Of a stretch of 64,000 bases of DNA, positions 23,186 to 36,522 are shown piece by piece. Position 1 is the first letter of the stretch, and every line of letters starts with the position of its first letter. The notes under the pieces were generated by a model that saw nothing but the letters and a program-made list of their open reading frames with translations, searched no databases and had not been told where the DNA came from. A program made the position numbers and the translations under genes. Origin of the DNA: Minutocellus sp. GHC0000111 (lineage: Eukaryota); the NCBI GenBank assembly GCA_977018835.1, contig OZ361257.1:3038001-3102000 (forward strand). The letters are read 5' to 3'.

Positions 23186-24625
23186 TTACTCTTCGTACTT
23201 GTCAAAGATGAGCGCGCAGTTGGTACCGCCGAAGCCGAAGCTGTTGGACATTGCCCGGGAGAAAGCACCGTCTTTCCTCGAGGTGAGGATGTTCATGCCC
23301 TCAGCCTCTTCCACGAGGTTCTCAATGTTGGCCGACTCGGCCATGAAATCATTGTTCATCATGAGGAGCGTGTAAATCGCCTCATGGACGCCGGCAGCTC
23401 CGAGAGCGTGGCCCGAGAGGGACTTGGTCGAGCCGACCATGGGTTGGTAGCCCTCCTCTGTGAAAACGCTCTTGATGCCGCCGAGCTCCTGCGGATCTCC
23501 GACGGGCGTTGATGTGCCGTGGGTGTTGACGTACTCGACCGGCTTCTTGCCGCCGTTCTTGTTGGCGTCCTCGATGGCAAGCTTCATGCAGCGCTGGCCG
23601 CCGACGCCACTGGGGGCGACCATGTCGTAGCCGTCGGAGTTGGCGCCGTATCCGACGAGCTCGGCGTAGATCTTGGCCCCCCTGGCCTTGGCGTGCTCGA
23701 GCTCTTCAAGGACGACGACGCCGCCGCCTCCGGCGATGACGAAGCCGTCGCGGTCCTGGTCGAATGCGCGGGAGGCGTGGAGGGGATCGTCATTGCGGGC
23801 GGTGGAGAGGGCGCCCATGCAGTCGAACATGGCGGTGAAGCCCCAGTCCTCGGCCTCTCCGGCGCCGCAGAAGGCTATGTCGGACTTGCCGAGCTGGATC
23901 TGCTCGAAGCCGGTGCCGATGCAGTGGGCGCCGGTGGAGCAGGCGGAGGAGATGGACCAGGAGGGGCCCTGGATCTTGAAGGCGGTGGCGAGGACGGCGC
24001 TGACGGTGGAGCCCATGGAGCGGGTGACGCGGAAGGGTCCGACCTTGTTCTTCCATCGCTTGCCGCCGGCGTTGACGGCCTCGACGGTCTCCACGATGTC
24101 GGGGATGCTGGTGCCGCCCTGGCCGAGGATGCCGGCGACGCGGGGGTTCTCCTCGTACTCCTCGGGCTTGAGGCCGGCGTGTTCGATGGCGTTCTTCATG
24201 GCGACGTAGGCGAACTTGGCGTTCTCGCCCATGAAGCGGAGGGAGGCCTTGGGGATGAGCTCCTTGAAGTCGGCGTCGGTGAGGTCCGGTCGGGCACATA
24301 CCTGCGAGCGGATGCCCTTCTCGGCGTACTCCTCGGAAAACTTGATGCCAGGCTTGCAGTTGTACAGAGAATCCTTCACGTCGTCGAGGGTGTTGCCCAG
24401 ACAGGAGGTGATGCCCATACCGGTAACGACCACGCGCTGCAGGCCGGTGATCTCCATGGAAAGGGAGGTGGATCCAGCGCGGACGGCGGCAGGCACATGC
24501 TGCTCCGAGTTTTGCTGCTGCAATCTTGCTCCGCCGACAAAGGAGCTACCAACTCCGGGGGACGACACAAAGGCAGCCACCGGCGAAACCACCAATATGC
24601 ACGCGGATGCCGCAGAGAACTTCAT
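23186..24625 (-). CDS. fabB: Beta-ketoacyl-ACP synthase I (FabB type), plastid-targeted
   Basis: RVVVTGMG, SISSACSTGAHCIG (catalytic Cys), NTHGTSTPVGD, STKSLSGHALGAAG and SNSFGFGGTN motifs; bipartite presequence. Confidence 0.93.
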   Translation of the reverse strand: MKFSAASACILVVSPVAAFVSSPGVGSSFVGGARLQQQNSEQHVPAAVRAGSTSLSMEITGLQRVVVTGMGITSCLGNTLDDVKDSLYNCKPGIKFSEEYAEKGIRSQVCARPDLTDADFKELIPKASLRFMGENAKFAYVAMKNAIEHAGLKPEEYEENPRVAGILGQGGTSIPDIVETVEAVNAGGKRWKNKVGPFRVTRSMGSTVSAVLATAFKIQGPSWSISSACSTGAHCIGTGFEQIQLGKSDIAFCGAGEAEDWGFTAMFDCMGALSTARNDDPLHASRAFDQDRDGFVIAGGGGVVVLEELEHAKARGAKIYAELVGYGANSDGYDMVAPSGVGGQRCMKLAIEDANKNGGKKPVEYVNTHGTSTPVGDPQELGGIKSVFTEEGYQPMVGSTKSLSGHALGAAGVHEAIYTLLMMNNDFMAESANIENLVEEAEGMNILTSRKDGAFSRAMSNSFGFGGTNCALIFDKYEE

Positions 24626-25114
24626 CGTTTATTTATATACAGTAGCAGGCGGCAAAGGGTGCCCAATTCAACACAAAAATATGAGTGATATGCTGGAAAT
24701 TAGGCGAGAGGGCGAGGTTGCCGCGTGTTGCTTGTCGACGTCGCGGTAACGCAACGGGTCGGTCGCTCGGTCGATGACGTACTGTGTTTTGGCATTAAGG
24801 AGAAGGGGGCTTCCCCAAACTTACTTTGAGTCGAAGCAGTCGGCGGAAAATTTCTTGAAAAGCACTTGAGAGCGAGGTGAATGAATTCGACCAGACATTG
24901 CCACATTGCATGCGACATCTACCGGTAGAATTCCTATGTGCTTCCTTTTATTCTCTATGTGCATATACCATACTTTATCTGCCCTGTCGTGGAGCCTAGA
25001 GAGCAATATCGATTGAATACCGGTACCGTACAGAGCCAAAAATAGGAAAAGGAGGCCATCTTGAACACCTGACATTCATTACTACAAATCGAATCGATCC
25101 CCAACTAACTCAAA

Positions 25115-25956
25115 TCACCTCGCATTGTAGATAACGCCGACTTTGCCATAATTTTCAAGCACAGCTGCGGCCTCCTTCTGCAAGACTCTCCTCTTGACCT
25201 CGATCCCAGCCTCCTCCAGATGCTTGTACGACTCCTCAAATACTGGTCCCTCATCGAATCCAATTGCACTTGCATCCGCCTTGGTTGCTCCACAGACCAG
25301 ACGTGTAACACCGCTCCACAACGTTGCACCCAAGCACATGGCACATGGCTCACACGAAGTGAACAGCTCGTACTGGAACCGCCGTTCTCCACCCTCATCC
25401 TCCTCGGGACTTAGGGCAAAGTTCTGCAACCTTCTTTGCGCCATTTGGATTGCCACAGTTTCGCCATGTAGCGTCGAGTTGTGAAGTGGCACGACCCGAT
25501 TCATCCCCACCGATACCAGCTCAGCACTTCCAGTCTCTAAATTGCGCTTGAATATGGCACAGCCGAACGGTCCGCCCGTCTTCTCGGCAACATTCCGTGA
25601 GGAGAGTTCGATGGCCAATGCCATCATCTGTTCATCCGTCTCATATGTTCTCGAGAAGTAGTCTTCCTCCGTTGCCCAGGATGGGAGAGATACCGTAACC
25701 CTAAAATGCAAAAAAGGGTACGAATGATTATGAGCGCGATTTAGATCTGGAAAGTACACCCCACATAGGACGCACAAAGGAATGGTAATCGTGCGATGAT
25801 CTCAACCACTCACCTGTGATTCTCTGCCTCGCGGTTTCGTCCCGATGACCACCTGTAAATGCGGTAGGCTGCAAAGACCGCCGCGGCCGTAGCTGACGAA
25901 GCGAAAATGAGGGAAGAGGCAGAACCTGACGACGTTGGCATTGTGTTGGCTCCCAT
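25115..25956 (-). CDS. Zn-dependent cytidine/guanine deaminase-like protein; exons 25956-25814 and 25700-25115
   Basis: GGPFG, HGE and TSCEPCAMC motifs. A GT-AG intron at 25813-25701 joins in frame. Confidence 0.85.
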
Positions 25957-26191
25957 TGTTGATGAGGCGAGAATTTCTGTCAAGAGTGACGATCGAGGAT
26001 CGAGGTGAGATTTTTTCGTTCGGTGATCATTGTCGGTAATAACCTAATCTTCCTATAGAGGCTCTTCATCATTCAGTGACAGCTTCATCATCGAGCATCA
26101 ATGCGTTGAGCGCTTGGAGCAACGAAGTAGGCTCCCGAAGAAGGAGCAACATTCGCATCCACACCGGAATACTCGGGAGATATAATATAGA

Positions 26192-26839
26192 ATGGTACGA
26201 ACAAAGCCTGGCTGCGATATGACCCCGAATCGGCGGCGGCGGCAACGTTCAAATCTTTCCCAACAGATTCACTTTGGAAAGTTCACACCAAAATCTCAAA
26301 GTAGCAAAGAATCATCATTTTACCAAGCAGAGGAGTCTAGATCAGACATTGCCACATCTAGCCATTTGTACTGGGAGGATGAAGAAAGAGAGGGTCCACT
26401 GCAAGATGAAATCAAAGAACATTATGACTCGGTATGTGCCGGGCAAGAACGCTTATCGAAAAGAATACCTCGCCGAGATGGAAGTGCAAATCGTTGTCAG
26501 AATCGTACGAGCACAACAAAGATTGTAAATGCGCTCGCAATAGGCACAATCGTGACTATATTTGCAATAACTCGAGATATCTTCGTTCTACGTTTCCTAT
26601 ATCTCATTGTGATTGGCAATGTTGCGGCTTTGTACTGGCTTTGGATTCAATTCTTCACAAACTCCCAATCATTCTCGACACTGGCTGGAATAAATCAAAC
26701 TGTGAAGCAAATTGTTCTTTATCAATACAATAAGACGGTGGAAGGAGGAGCCCTGAGGCGCAAGGCGGAACTTATTGTGGTTGGCTTCTATAATGAGTTT
26801 CTAATGTGGTTCTACCATTGGTGGTATTATTCGGAGTAG
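26192..26839 (+). CDS. Uncharacterised membrane protein, paralog of 36523-37224
   Basis: 215-aa ORF with two hydrophobic segments and a C-terminal EGGALRRKAELIVVG resembling EGGFFRRRYEAVVLG of the other copy. Confidence 0.55.
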   Translation: MVRTKPGCDMTPNRRRRQRSNLSQQIHFGKFTPKSQSSKESSFYQAEESRSDIATSSHLYWEDEEREGPLQDEIKEHYDSVCAGQERLSKRIPRRDGSANRCQNRTSTTKIVNALAIGTIVTIFAITRDIFVLRFLYLIVIGNVAALYWLWIQFFTNSQSFSTLAGINQTVKQIVLYQYNKTVEGGALRRKAELIVVGFYNEFLMWFYHWWYYSE

Positions 26840-26961
26840 TTTTTCTATCGTTTGAGCAATGAGAAGTAGATAAGTGTTGGCAGAAATATTAGATCTACCG
26901 ATGCGTGTAGCTAGGTACAATAACATGCACGACGCCCTTTTAAGCATGCAACATAGTACTA

Positions 26962-29078
26962 TTATACAAAACTGGGAACATCTACGAAATAAAGCTCTTC
27001 TTCCCCGTCCTCGTCAGTGGACTTCTTCTTTTTCTTCTTTTTGGATTTGGATTTGCTCTTTGATTTGGGCTTGGTCTCCACGTCATCGTCGATGCCATCC
27101 TTGGGAATATTTAGGAACCAGAGCTCTTCTGCATCATCTTGGTCGTCGCTTTTACCACTACTTCCGCTTCCAACTGCACTGCCTTTACTGCTTTCTTTTG
27201 CACCTCCAACCGCAGCCTTGTTCGATAAGAATTGAGACAAACGAGCACCAATAATACCTGAAGTGCAGCACAAGAGCAAAGCTGCAACGACCAGCCCAGC
27301 GATGATGCCATCAGTATTCCCCGAAGATTCTGAAAACGAACCAACAATGACGTTGACCGCCGGACAGGTCTTCGTACCCATATATTTTGCACCGGGACAG
27401 GGCTGGCATTCGTATCTGTTCTCTTCTTCGACCAATCGAGACGTTTTGTGGGTCGCACGGCCAATGGGCGACCATGTACCACGCTGGCAGCTGACGACGT
27501 CGCATGAGAAGTCGCCATTCTCGCCATTACCGTTGATATCTCCAGTGAGGCACATCATGGGGGGAAGAAATCCTTCAATTCTGTTGCCACTGACGTCTAA
27601 ACTTTCAAGCGGAGCAAATCTCAAGTCACTGGGTAGGAACCCGGACAGCTCATTATTCGCTAGGTTCAGATGCTGAAGCTGCGAGAGATAACCCAGTTCT
27701 TCTGGGATGGTGCCGCGTTGGGAGGGTGATGTTAACGACCTTTCCGGCTGAATTGCAAGTGACGCCATGAAACATGCACTTCTTTGCATTCGCAATATTC
27801 CATCCCTCATCATTCATCCAACTCTCGCCGCCAGTCCGCTTCCAGAATACGTCGAGGATCATTCTTTCATCGAGAAAATAACACTTTTTGTTGTGGCCCA
27901 AGTAAGGGCTAAATCCCTGTCGAGGACATTCGTGGCAGGGGTAAACACTCTCCTCCGACACTGTATTGACTGGACAGGATATCGAAGTACAGCCATCACG
28001 ACCCGATACATTGGATTTGTCCTTGAAGAAATCTTCATTGAGATTGAATTTGCATAAGGATCTTGGAACGGTACTGCAAGAAGAGAGAGAGAGGCAGGTA
28101 TTAATGTCGGTAAGGTGCAAAGTTGTGAAACGACAGTACAGCCAATAGACAATACCATTTCAATCACCCTCCGGTCTTACCCAGTAAACTTGTTTCCATC
28201 GACGAAAAGGTCTTGAAGAGGCGGAATGTCCGCGAGACCAGCTGGTATTGTTCCAGACAGATCATTGCACTCAAAGAAGAGCTGCACCAAATTAGAGTCG
28301 TCCCTCGAGAAGGAGTATGGGATGGTGCCCATCAGACGATTGTTATTGACGAAGAACCCCTGCAAGTTCTGCAAAGCACCAATGTGATATGGGAGCGAGC
28401 CGACCAACTCATTGTGACTAACATCGAAGAAGGCCATGGAATGCAATTTTTCATAGGACCAAGGAATCGTCCCAGTTATATGATTCCTCGACACATCCAG
28501 CACCGCCAGTTCCGTCGGAAAAGGATCCGGCAGGGGACCCTTGAGACGATTGTCTCTCAGCACAATGTTTTTCATGTTGGACGATGCAGAGAAGCTGGGT
28601 ACGGTTCCTCCTATGCCATTGGCACTGACATCGAGCGATTCTAGATTTGGCAGATTTATTACCTCTTGCGGTATCTCCCCATACAGATCGCACTCGGCCA
28701 TATTGAGCGAACGGAGCGACTTGAGCTGTCCGTATTCTGGCGGGACCCTGGCCCTCAGATCGCTGCCCGCTACATCAATGGCTATGACTGATCCATCCTC
28801 GTTGCAGGTAATGCCCTCCCATGCGCAGACTTGTGGTTGGTTGGACGAGTAGTGAGCGAGTGAATAAAAGAGATTGGTGTTTGGAATAAGAATGACGAGC
28901 CGAAAGCAAATTGAATGATGGCAATTATGACCAATCGTATGACCTAATTTCACTCGTTCTTACCTGGCTGATTCGTTTCGGGATTCCACCCATTCCTTCT
29001 ATTGGCCCAGGCCACACCCTCCTCTCCCTGGACGAGCTTGAGGACGGTGTCCTCCACCGACGATGGGAGGAAGGGCAT
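26962..29078 (-). CDS. Leucine-rich repeat receptor-like membrane protein, apparently disrupted (frameshift near 27718; weak N-terminus)
   Basis: Plant-type LRRs (LxxLDVSxNxLxGxIP), CAWEGITC caps, Cys-rich CxxC repeats, a TM helix and a short cytoplasmic tail; intron 28180-28074 and a probable intron near 28963-28831. Confidence 0.75.
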
Positions 29079-29637
29079 GATGATGGCTAGTCACCGTATT
29101 GTGGTGCGGTTGTGTGTGAATTCCTACGAATTTATTATGCGCGGTCGCTCGATGGCTTGGCTGGAGAGAGCAATGATACGGGCGGTATTTGTGCCCCTGA
29201 AGCACTACCAAGTCAAGACCACCGCACTTCCCCCTCGATATCCCCTCGATGGTGGCTGTGCAGCAGCTGACCTCCTGCTGTAAAATGAGGGCACGTGCGT
29301 TCAACGTAGCCGAGGAATGAATCTCATGGCATGGCGGGGCATCGACGATGACCGCAATTTGAACAATCAGGGGATAAATTAAATATGGGAAATCCCCAGA
29401 TTTTGTCGACTCGCTCGATCGCCTGCCTGCCACAAGATGTGCTCATTTTCCAAGGCGTTGTGTATCTGCTTTGTACTGTGCGTGCAGACGTCCCACCTCG
29501 ACGCCGTTGGACCGAAATTGGAGCCCTGCTTCGTATTAGTTAGTCCGTGTGGAGCAGTTGGTTGCACGGGCAGTGCAGCAATAGCGTACAGGTGAAGTGC
29601 GAGAGCGAGCATCAGGCGTAGCCACACAAAACCGCCG

Positions 29638-32600
29638 ATGATGCAGACACCGGTGGCCGGTGGTGGTGGCGGTTCCGGTGCACCAGGCACTCCTGCTGGA
29701 GGCGGTGCACCAGGCGTGGCCGATCCGTTCCTGTCGGATGACTTTTATCCCCTCGAGTCGGCCTCGGCCGCAATCCTCGACGCCCTCCGGGCCGACGAGG
29801 CAAGTCCGGACTCCGACCTGAACCGCCGGCTGGCCACTGGAGGAGGCGGAGGCGGCGTGCCCGGACATTCGTACCGCAAGGCCGTCGGACCCGCCGAGCA
29901 GCGCCGGTTGGAGCGGGAGCAGGTCCAGGCCCAGCCGCTGCTGCTGGGCAACGGCGGAACTCCCTCTGGTGGAACGACGCCCGGCGGCAATCCCCAATCG
30001 CCCGCCAATGGCGTCGGCATGGGCATCGCCCCAGCTGCAGGTGCAGCCGCAACTCCTGGCGGCGCTTCGGTGGGTGGGCTCGTTCCCGCCATGTCGCCAA
30101 TCCCCGGTGGAACTCCTGGCGGAACTCCCGCCGCCGCCGTCAAGCTGGACCGCCCCCCGCCGACGGCCTCCGTCGTCCACTCCCGGACGGTACCGCTCCC
30201 CCCTCTCCTCGCCAGGGAGATGTCGACCACCCGCCTCTCGTCGTTGATGGGCCTTCTCCCCCAGGCCGGCTTGGCCTGGATGTCCGTCGACGAGCGCCTG
30301 TATGTTTGGTCGTACGATGCCGCCCTCCGCGGATACGGCGGTGGTCATGACGATGGGTCGGCGGAAGACTTTTGCTCCTACGCCGTCCCCTCCGGCCAGT
30401 GCATCGTATCGGTCGGTCTGGTCCGGCCCAAGAAAAGTGAGTCGTAGTGTTGGCAAGCAGGCAGGCAAGCAAGCAATTATTTACTTGCATCTGAACTTTA
30501 TATTGATTGGTCTGTGAGATGTGGTTGCTGTTGGATTCAGACTTTATATTACTATTTGATGTTGCCGACCAAAATTGTTGAAGCATTAGTATTATTTTGG
30601 AGTGCACTCTATGCTCACAATCAGGCTCACCTTTACATACGCTCTTTCTGATTTTCTTCAATCGACCAATAGATGTCTTTACGGATGCTGTGGAGTGGGT
30701 CCTCGTCGTTACTACACCCGAGGAGGTTCAGCTCTGCGCTTTGGCCTTTGAATCGACGGTATCGGAAAGCGCGTTGGAGGGTCTGGGCACCCCAGACCGG
30801 GCAAATGGTGGAACTCGCTCCCTCCGACTCATCCCTACCCGCTTCAGCATCCCCACCGACTCCATCCCCATGCTGAGCGTTTGCGGCACCGACGATGGCC
30901 GAATCTTCCTCGGCGGACATGATGGATGTCTGTACGAGATGGCCTACGACAGTCCGTCAATGGCCAGCAGCCTCGGTGGCCGTGCCATCGCCGTCATGGA
31001 CGACGAGGACAGTGAATACCTGGGATCTCAGGCCCATCTATACTACGGAACTGACGAGGCAGGTATGGCCGGGCTGCTGCTTTCGGGGACCAAGCGTGTC
31101 CTTTCCTCGGTGGTGTTTGGCCCCACGGCCGATTCCGCGCCTCGACGACCACGAAAATGCCGCAAATTGAACCACACCTCCACCGGAGTCTCTGGATTTA
31201 TCTCGTCGTTTGTGCCAGGAGTCATCCTCAACTGGTTCAGCTCATCCGTCAAGGCAGGTCCCATCGTTTCCATGTCGATGGATGGAGAGCGCTCGACTCT
31301 GTATGCACTAACATCGATGGGGCACATCCACGCGTTTGATCTGTCGAGCAGCGCGTCTTCCACATCTGCTAGTCCATCTTCGGTGGGGCCAAATCCACCT
31401 CGCCTTGCCTGCACGGTGGATGCTCCTGCATCGGCGAGAAGATACCTCGACTATGTTGCTCGCGGCAAGACTTACCCTCCTGGCACCAGCCAATCCAGTA
31501 ACATTGCAAACATTAGCTTTCCTGGAGGAGGAATTGGTGCGCAGAATGGAGTTGGTGGTATGAATGGAGCCAGGGCGATGCTCAAGATTGCCGATGCCGA
31601 ATTGCAGCAGCAACAAAGATTGGATCAGTCTCGCAAGAAAGTTGGGGGAAAGAAGTCAGGTGCTCCCGAAGTTGCTAGCATGCTTCACCCCATTTCCATC
31701 AGCGTCGTGCGGCGCTCGGAGTCCAAATCGCTTTCCCTGATGGCAATCACTGGAGGAGGGCTGCGGTACTATCTCACGACTCTGCCCTTGTCCACCTCGT
31801 CTATCAGAGGATCTTCGACCAATCTCAAACCCGGCAAGCGTTTCACTCTGTGTCATGTCCGGGCGCCACCTCCGTATTCAGCGACGCAGAATGGTGACAT
31901 CACAATTGAATCTGGAAGTGCTGGAGGCTCAATGGGTATGATGAACGGGTCGGCCAATCCAATGTCATTATCATCGTCTTCCTCGATTGTTCCTGGAATC
32001 CACCCCAGTCAAAGAGCTGGAACTCGCATTGTTGCTGGGCAGGGCTTCGTTAGACAAGGCACGACGCTTCTGGCTTTGGATGCGAGCCGATCTGATCCCA
32101 ATGCTCCACTCTCCGGCGACGCAATCGTAGCAATGGTACCAGATTACTCTGGGACCGTGGGCGCTTTTTCTTCCAATGGCCAAAACCAATCTGGCCAGAT
32201 CAATAATAATCCCAAGAGAGCAGGAATTGCCGAGGTCGTTTCTCTTCCCATGGTTGAATCATCGACAAGCGGAGACAACCCAGCTACTCTTCCTGGAGGC
32301 CGTATTTGGGACATAGCTGCTGCCTCTCCTTACGACTCGAACGGATCGGATCCCGATACCTGCTTGGCTCGACTTTTCTTTCACTCTGCAACTCCTACCA
32401 ACTCGGAGCTTAGTGTTGGCATGGTACCTGCCTACTTTCCACCATCGAAGAACCTTCGCATTGGCGGATCGCGTAAATCTGTTGGGGCCCATTCGTCTCT
32501 TGAAGTTGCCAGTGCATCATCCAACACTCAACCTTCAAGCGGTGTTGCTGCATCTGCCTTTGCAATGATCTATCGTATACTCCTGGGACAGCAGCCCCCC

Positions 32601-35600
32601 AGGCAACTGCAGGGCGCGCCTACGTCTGTCGCCTCAAGCGGTGTCGACAAAGAATTCACCTACAATATTTCTAAGCGAAAGGGTTGCGCTGGAGCTGGTT
32701 TCACTGTCCATCCGGAATCCCGTCGACTCGGATCAAGCCGCTCTTACTCTAGCAGCTCGTACAATAGACCTGCTTCTGGAAATCAACGCACCAGCACTCG
32801 CCCAGTAGTTGCGGCGAAGTCATCCCGCCTTTCGCTGTGGCTTCTGTCGCCTCAGATTGCCCCGCTATCGCAGATAGTATCTCATCATCTATCGGTAAAT
32901 ACCGCTTCCCCGAACAAAATCCTTGCGTTGAATTCCGGGGGAATGCACTGCTTCGACAACAAATCGATCCTGGACTCACTCTCCGCCGTCCTGATGAAGT
33001 CCACTTCGAGCAATATGGGCAAGGACCAGAATATTAGGTCCTTCTTCGAGAGTTACGGCTTTTCTGACGGTTGTGCCATGTGCTTGGCTTTGGCCGTGTT
33101 CAGCGGCAGCGACAGCCTCAGGCGTCGTGCTACTCAGGCCGCCCTCAGCTTTGCCCACGTGCCTTCCATGGTGCTACCATCATCAGACAACCCAAGCACA
33201 GGTATTGTCGGCTTAGATGCAGGTGCTTTGGCATCGGGCCATGTTTTCCGACCATCGCATCTGTACAACGGCCTTGTTTCGTTGGTTTCTCGCTTGCTTC
33301 GGCCGATTTGGTACAAGCCAGCGGTCGTCGTCACCGGAGGCAAAACGTTGTACCGCCGTCGCCAGTATGGTGGCGGAAAACGAAACCTACCAGCAAGAGT
33401 TGAGCTGCTCCTCGACGACGAAACGCTCGAGGCGATCCGCCAGCCGTTGGCTACACTTCAAGCCATGCTGAAGGATGTTTTTGCCCCCGCCGTTGACAGT
33501 GTTCCTGGCGGAAAGAAGAAGCAAGGCCAAGACTCTGCCGATGGCGATGCTATGGAAGTTGACGGCAATGGTTCGTCTCACGGGAATGGAGATCAACATT
33601 TAATTACCAGGGCCATGCAGTACCAGGCGCGCGCTCTGCCCCGCAAGCAGACGGCGGGTCGCCCCGTTACTGATGAAAAGGACCTTGAGGCCAAGGCAAG
33701 GATGACAGAAGAGCGCAATTTGCACTCTCTGTACCGTCTTGTGTCGCGCACCTCTCAGCTTCTAACTCTCATGTCACAGCTTCATCGTGCCCAGGCAAAT
33801 CCTTCTCTGCCAGAGGTCGAATGGGGTCTCTTGCACGGACTGACCTATTGTCAGCTGGTGACTGAACGCGGTGGGCAGGACCGCGTTGAGACACTTTTGA
33901 CGAATCTTGTCAGTGCCGGCGAGGAGACACTTGGAGGAGGACACTTTGATGCCACTTTGGCATCCAATTCAGCTGTTGAGGCTGATAATATGTCTGCTTT
34001 CCTTTCCAAAAGTTGTTATCTTTACTTTTCGGCAGGATCTCGCCTCACCTATCAGGGCTTTAGGGCGGCCAATTCCGCCCTTTCGTACAATCCTGGAACT
34101 CCTCAGCGCGTGGCCCTGTCGAATAGAGCCAGTGCATATTTCCGAGCAGCCGCAAGGCATTGGTACAACCCATCGTCTGTCACTGGCCGTCTTTTGCGCA
34201 TCGATGTTGATACTGGCCGAGGCAGCACTGCCACAGCGGACAAGAAATACGAGATGGTGGCTAAGCGAGCTCTTGATCACGGTAGCCCCCTGGCCCGGGC
34301 TGTTGCATTCTTGATGGATCTGCACTGTGTTGGGGCTGCCGTTGATGTCTGTATGATTTGCGCCAGTAACTTTGGCGGAGTCAGACCTCGCTACGGCGAT
34401 GAAGCAGCAAATGAGATCGAGTTGATAGGCGACAATGATGGCTACGCTGATGGAGTGCTGCCCTGGGAAAGAGGGCTTTACCATCGACCCCTGAACGAGC
34501 CTTCCACTGCTACTAGCACATCCCAATCTGCTACTCCCGGCAACAACCCCGTCGTCTCGGGAATTGAAGTTACCAACGCCGACGCTTTGCACACCTGCTA
34601 TTCGGTTCTTTTCTACCATCTCACCGAGCTACTGAATGCGGCCCACCAATTCGTCGATGCCCCAGCTCTCGCGGAGGAGATGGTGTCTGTCTGCTCTTCC
34701 TCGTCAGACGTAAGGTTCCTCCGCAATCTGTACGAACACCTTCTCACCTCAGGTCATGTGGAGTTCCTCCTACGGATCGAAAGTCCTACCCTTGAGAATT
34801 GGATCGCTCACGAGAAGAAAGACACATTCCTGCTGGCACAGTACTACACCCTCCACAATCTCGATTGGCTATCTGGTCAGGTTATGTGGAAACGTGCAAC
34901 CACGGTAGAAGAGAAGGTACCTTTATCAGAACGCATCGACTGCTTGACTCGCGCTAGTAACGCGTATCAATCTGCACAATCCAAGGTCACTACATCATCA
35001 ACGGCTGGGTCTCTCATCGGGGGCATTCTTCAGACTGGCACGCCCCAGGTTCGTCGACCATCTGTTGAAGAGATTAGTCGCCTGAAAACCCAGGCCGATG
35101 AGCAGCTCGACATTGCGTCCTTGCAAAGTCGGCTCCTCGATTCCATCTTGGCATCTGATAGTCTTGTCAATGACGTCGATGCTTCCAAGCTGGACGCTCT
35201 GAAGACGTCCCTTGTCCCTGTTTCGGATATGTACAACGAGTATGCAGGTCCCCTAGCTCTCTACGATATTTGTTTGTTGATCCTTCGAACGTGCCACGAA
35301 AACGATACCGACAACATTGTGAAGCTTTGGAAATCTATTCTGTGCGACTATATCATCCCAGGCCGAGTTCGCGATCCCTCGGCTCAAACATTCCTCGCCG
35401 AATTGAAGCGCGGAAGCATGCTCGAGGAAGAAGACATCGTCCTTGATGGAAGTGCTGGGCCGGCCTATGCCAGCCTTCCTCTTTTTGAGGACGGAGGTTG
35501 GATTCCGAAGCTGAAGGATCGAGTCCTTCAATTGGGCAAGGACCTGTATGGTCAGGGAGCCGATTACACCTTTCCTCTCGACCTGATTGTCAGAACTTTG

Positions 35601-36211
35601 GAAGGTAAGTGAGCGGAATGCTTGGGACTTGTTTCTCTCTTCCATTTTGGATGGACAGCCCCGTGCGCTTTGGTTGGTGCAAAATGCCCTTTTGTCTCAC
35701 AAATATTTTACTTCCCCTGGTATAATTTCCTAATAATATTTTAGGTCTTCGCCGAGTCCACACCCCTTCTGAAGCGTCATCGCTCACAGGTAGCATGCAA
35801 GCATCGTGGCCGATTCACCTTCTCATTGATATCGGTGTGCCATATCCTGTCATCTTGGAGGTTTACGATTCGTTGATCCACCGAGAATCGAACGGTAGCG
35901 ATGATACCGATGCATGGTTGCGCAACATGGCAAATGCTGTTAGTGTGCTACGGATCTGGGTCAGCCGGACGAATCGCACTCTAGCTGGAGCAGGGCAGGT
36001 GCAGTTCGGCAATGGTGGCATCGGAAATAAGGAGCAAGAGGATGCGTCAGCCCAGCTCTTTCGAGCCGTCTCTTCTGGAGGCCTCTTACACCAAGTTGAC
36101 TCCTATAAAGCTTCTCTCGAGGCATGCGTGAGCGGTAATGCAGATGATATTGCGTCTCTCATCTCATCTCTTGTGGACTGTGAGAATTCCATCCGCCAGT
36201 CCTTTTTGTAG
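29638..36211 (+). CDS. NUP155: Nucleoporin Nup155/Nup170-like; introns 30437-30672 and 35605-35744
   Basis: MGLLPQAGLAWMSVDERLYVWSY, IVSVGLVRPK-DVF, GRIFLGG-DG-LYE-Y, KCRKLNHT, LVSRLLRPIW and LSERIDCLTRA are typical of the Nup155 family; about 2100 aa in total. Confidence 0.88.
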
Positions 36212-36522
36212 AAAATGGTATCTGTGAACAATAGCAACAGGAACAGCAACAGCAACTCACACGTACCTAGATAATAAGACTAAATATATTGGATCAAGTC
36301 CGAGGTGAAATAAATACTAATGGCGGAGAGATATTGCGGCGGCTATAGCTACGTATTGGTTGATAATCTAAAATACAATATCTAAGTGACACAAAAAAAA
36401 ACTCTACGAGGTACCTCTAGTAGGTACAAATGAGTACTGTTGCAACAAAATTCAACGCCGGGCGAAGCATGCGCGCCGTATCCCTGGTTGGGATGAGTGA
36501 TGCCCAACCATCTTCAACAACA

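Noticed and set aside
23519..24749. 389-aa and other plus-strand ORFs
   Set aside because: They are antisense shadows of the high-GC3 fabB gene.
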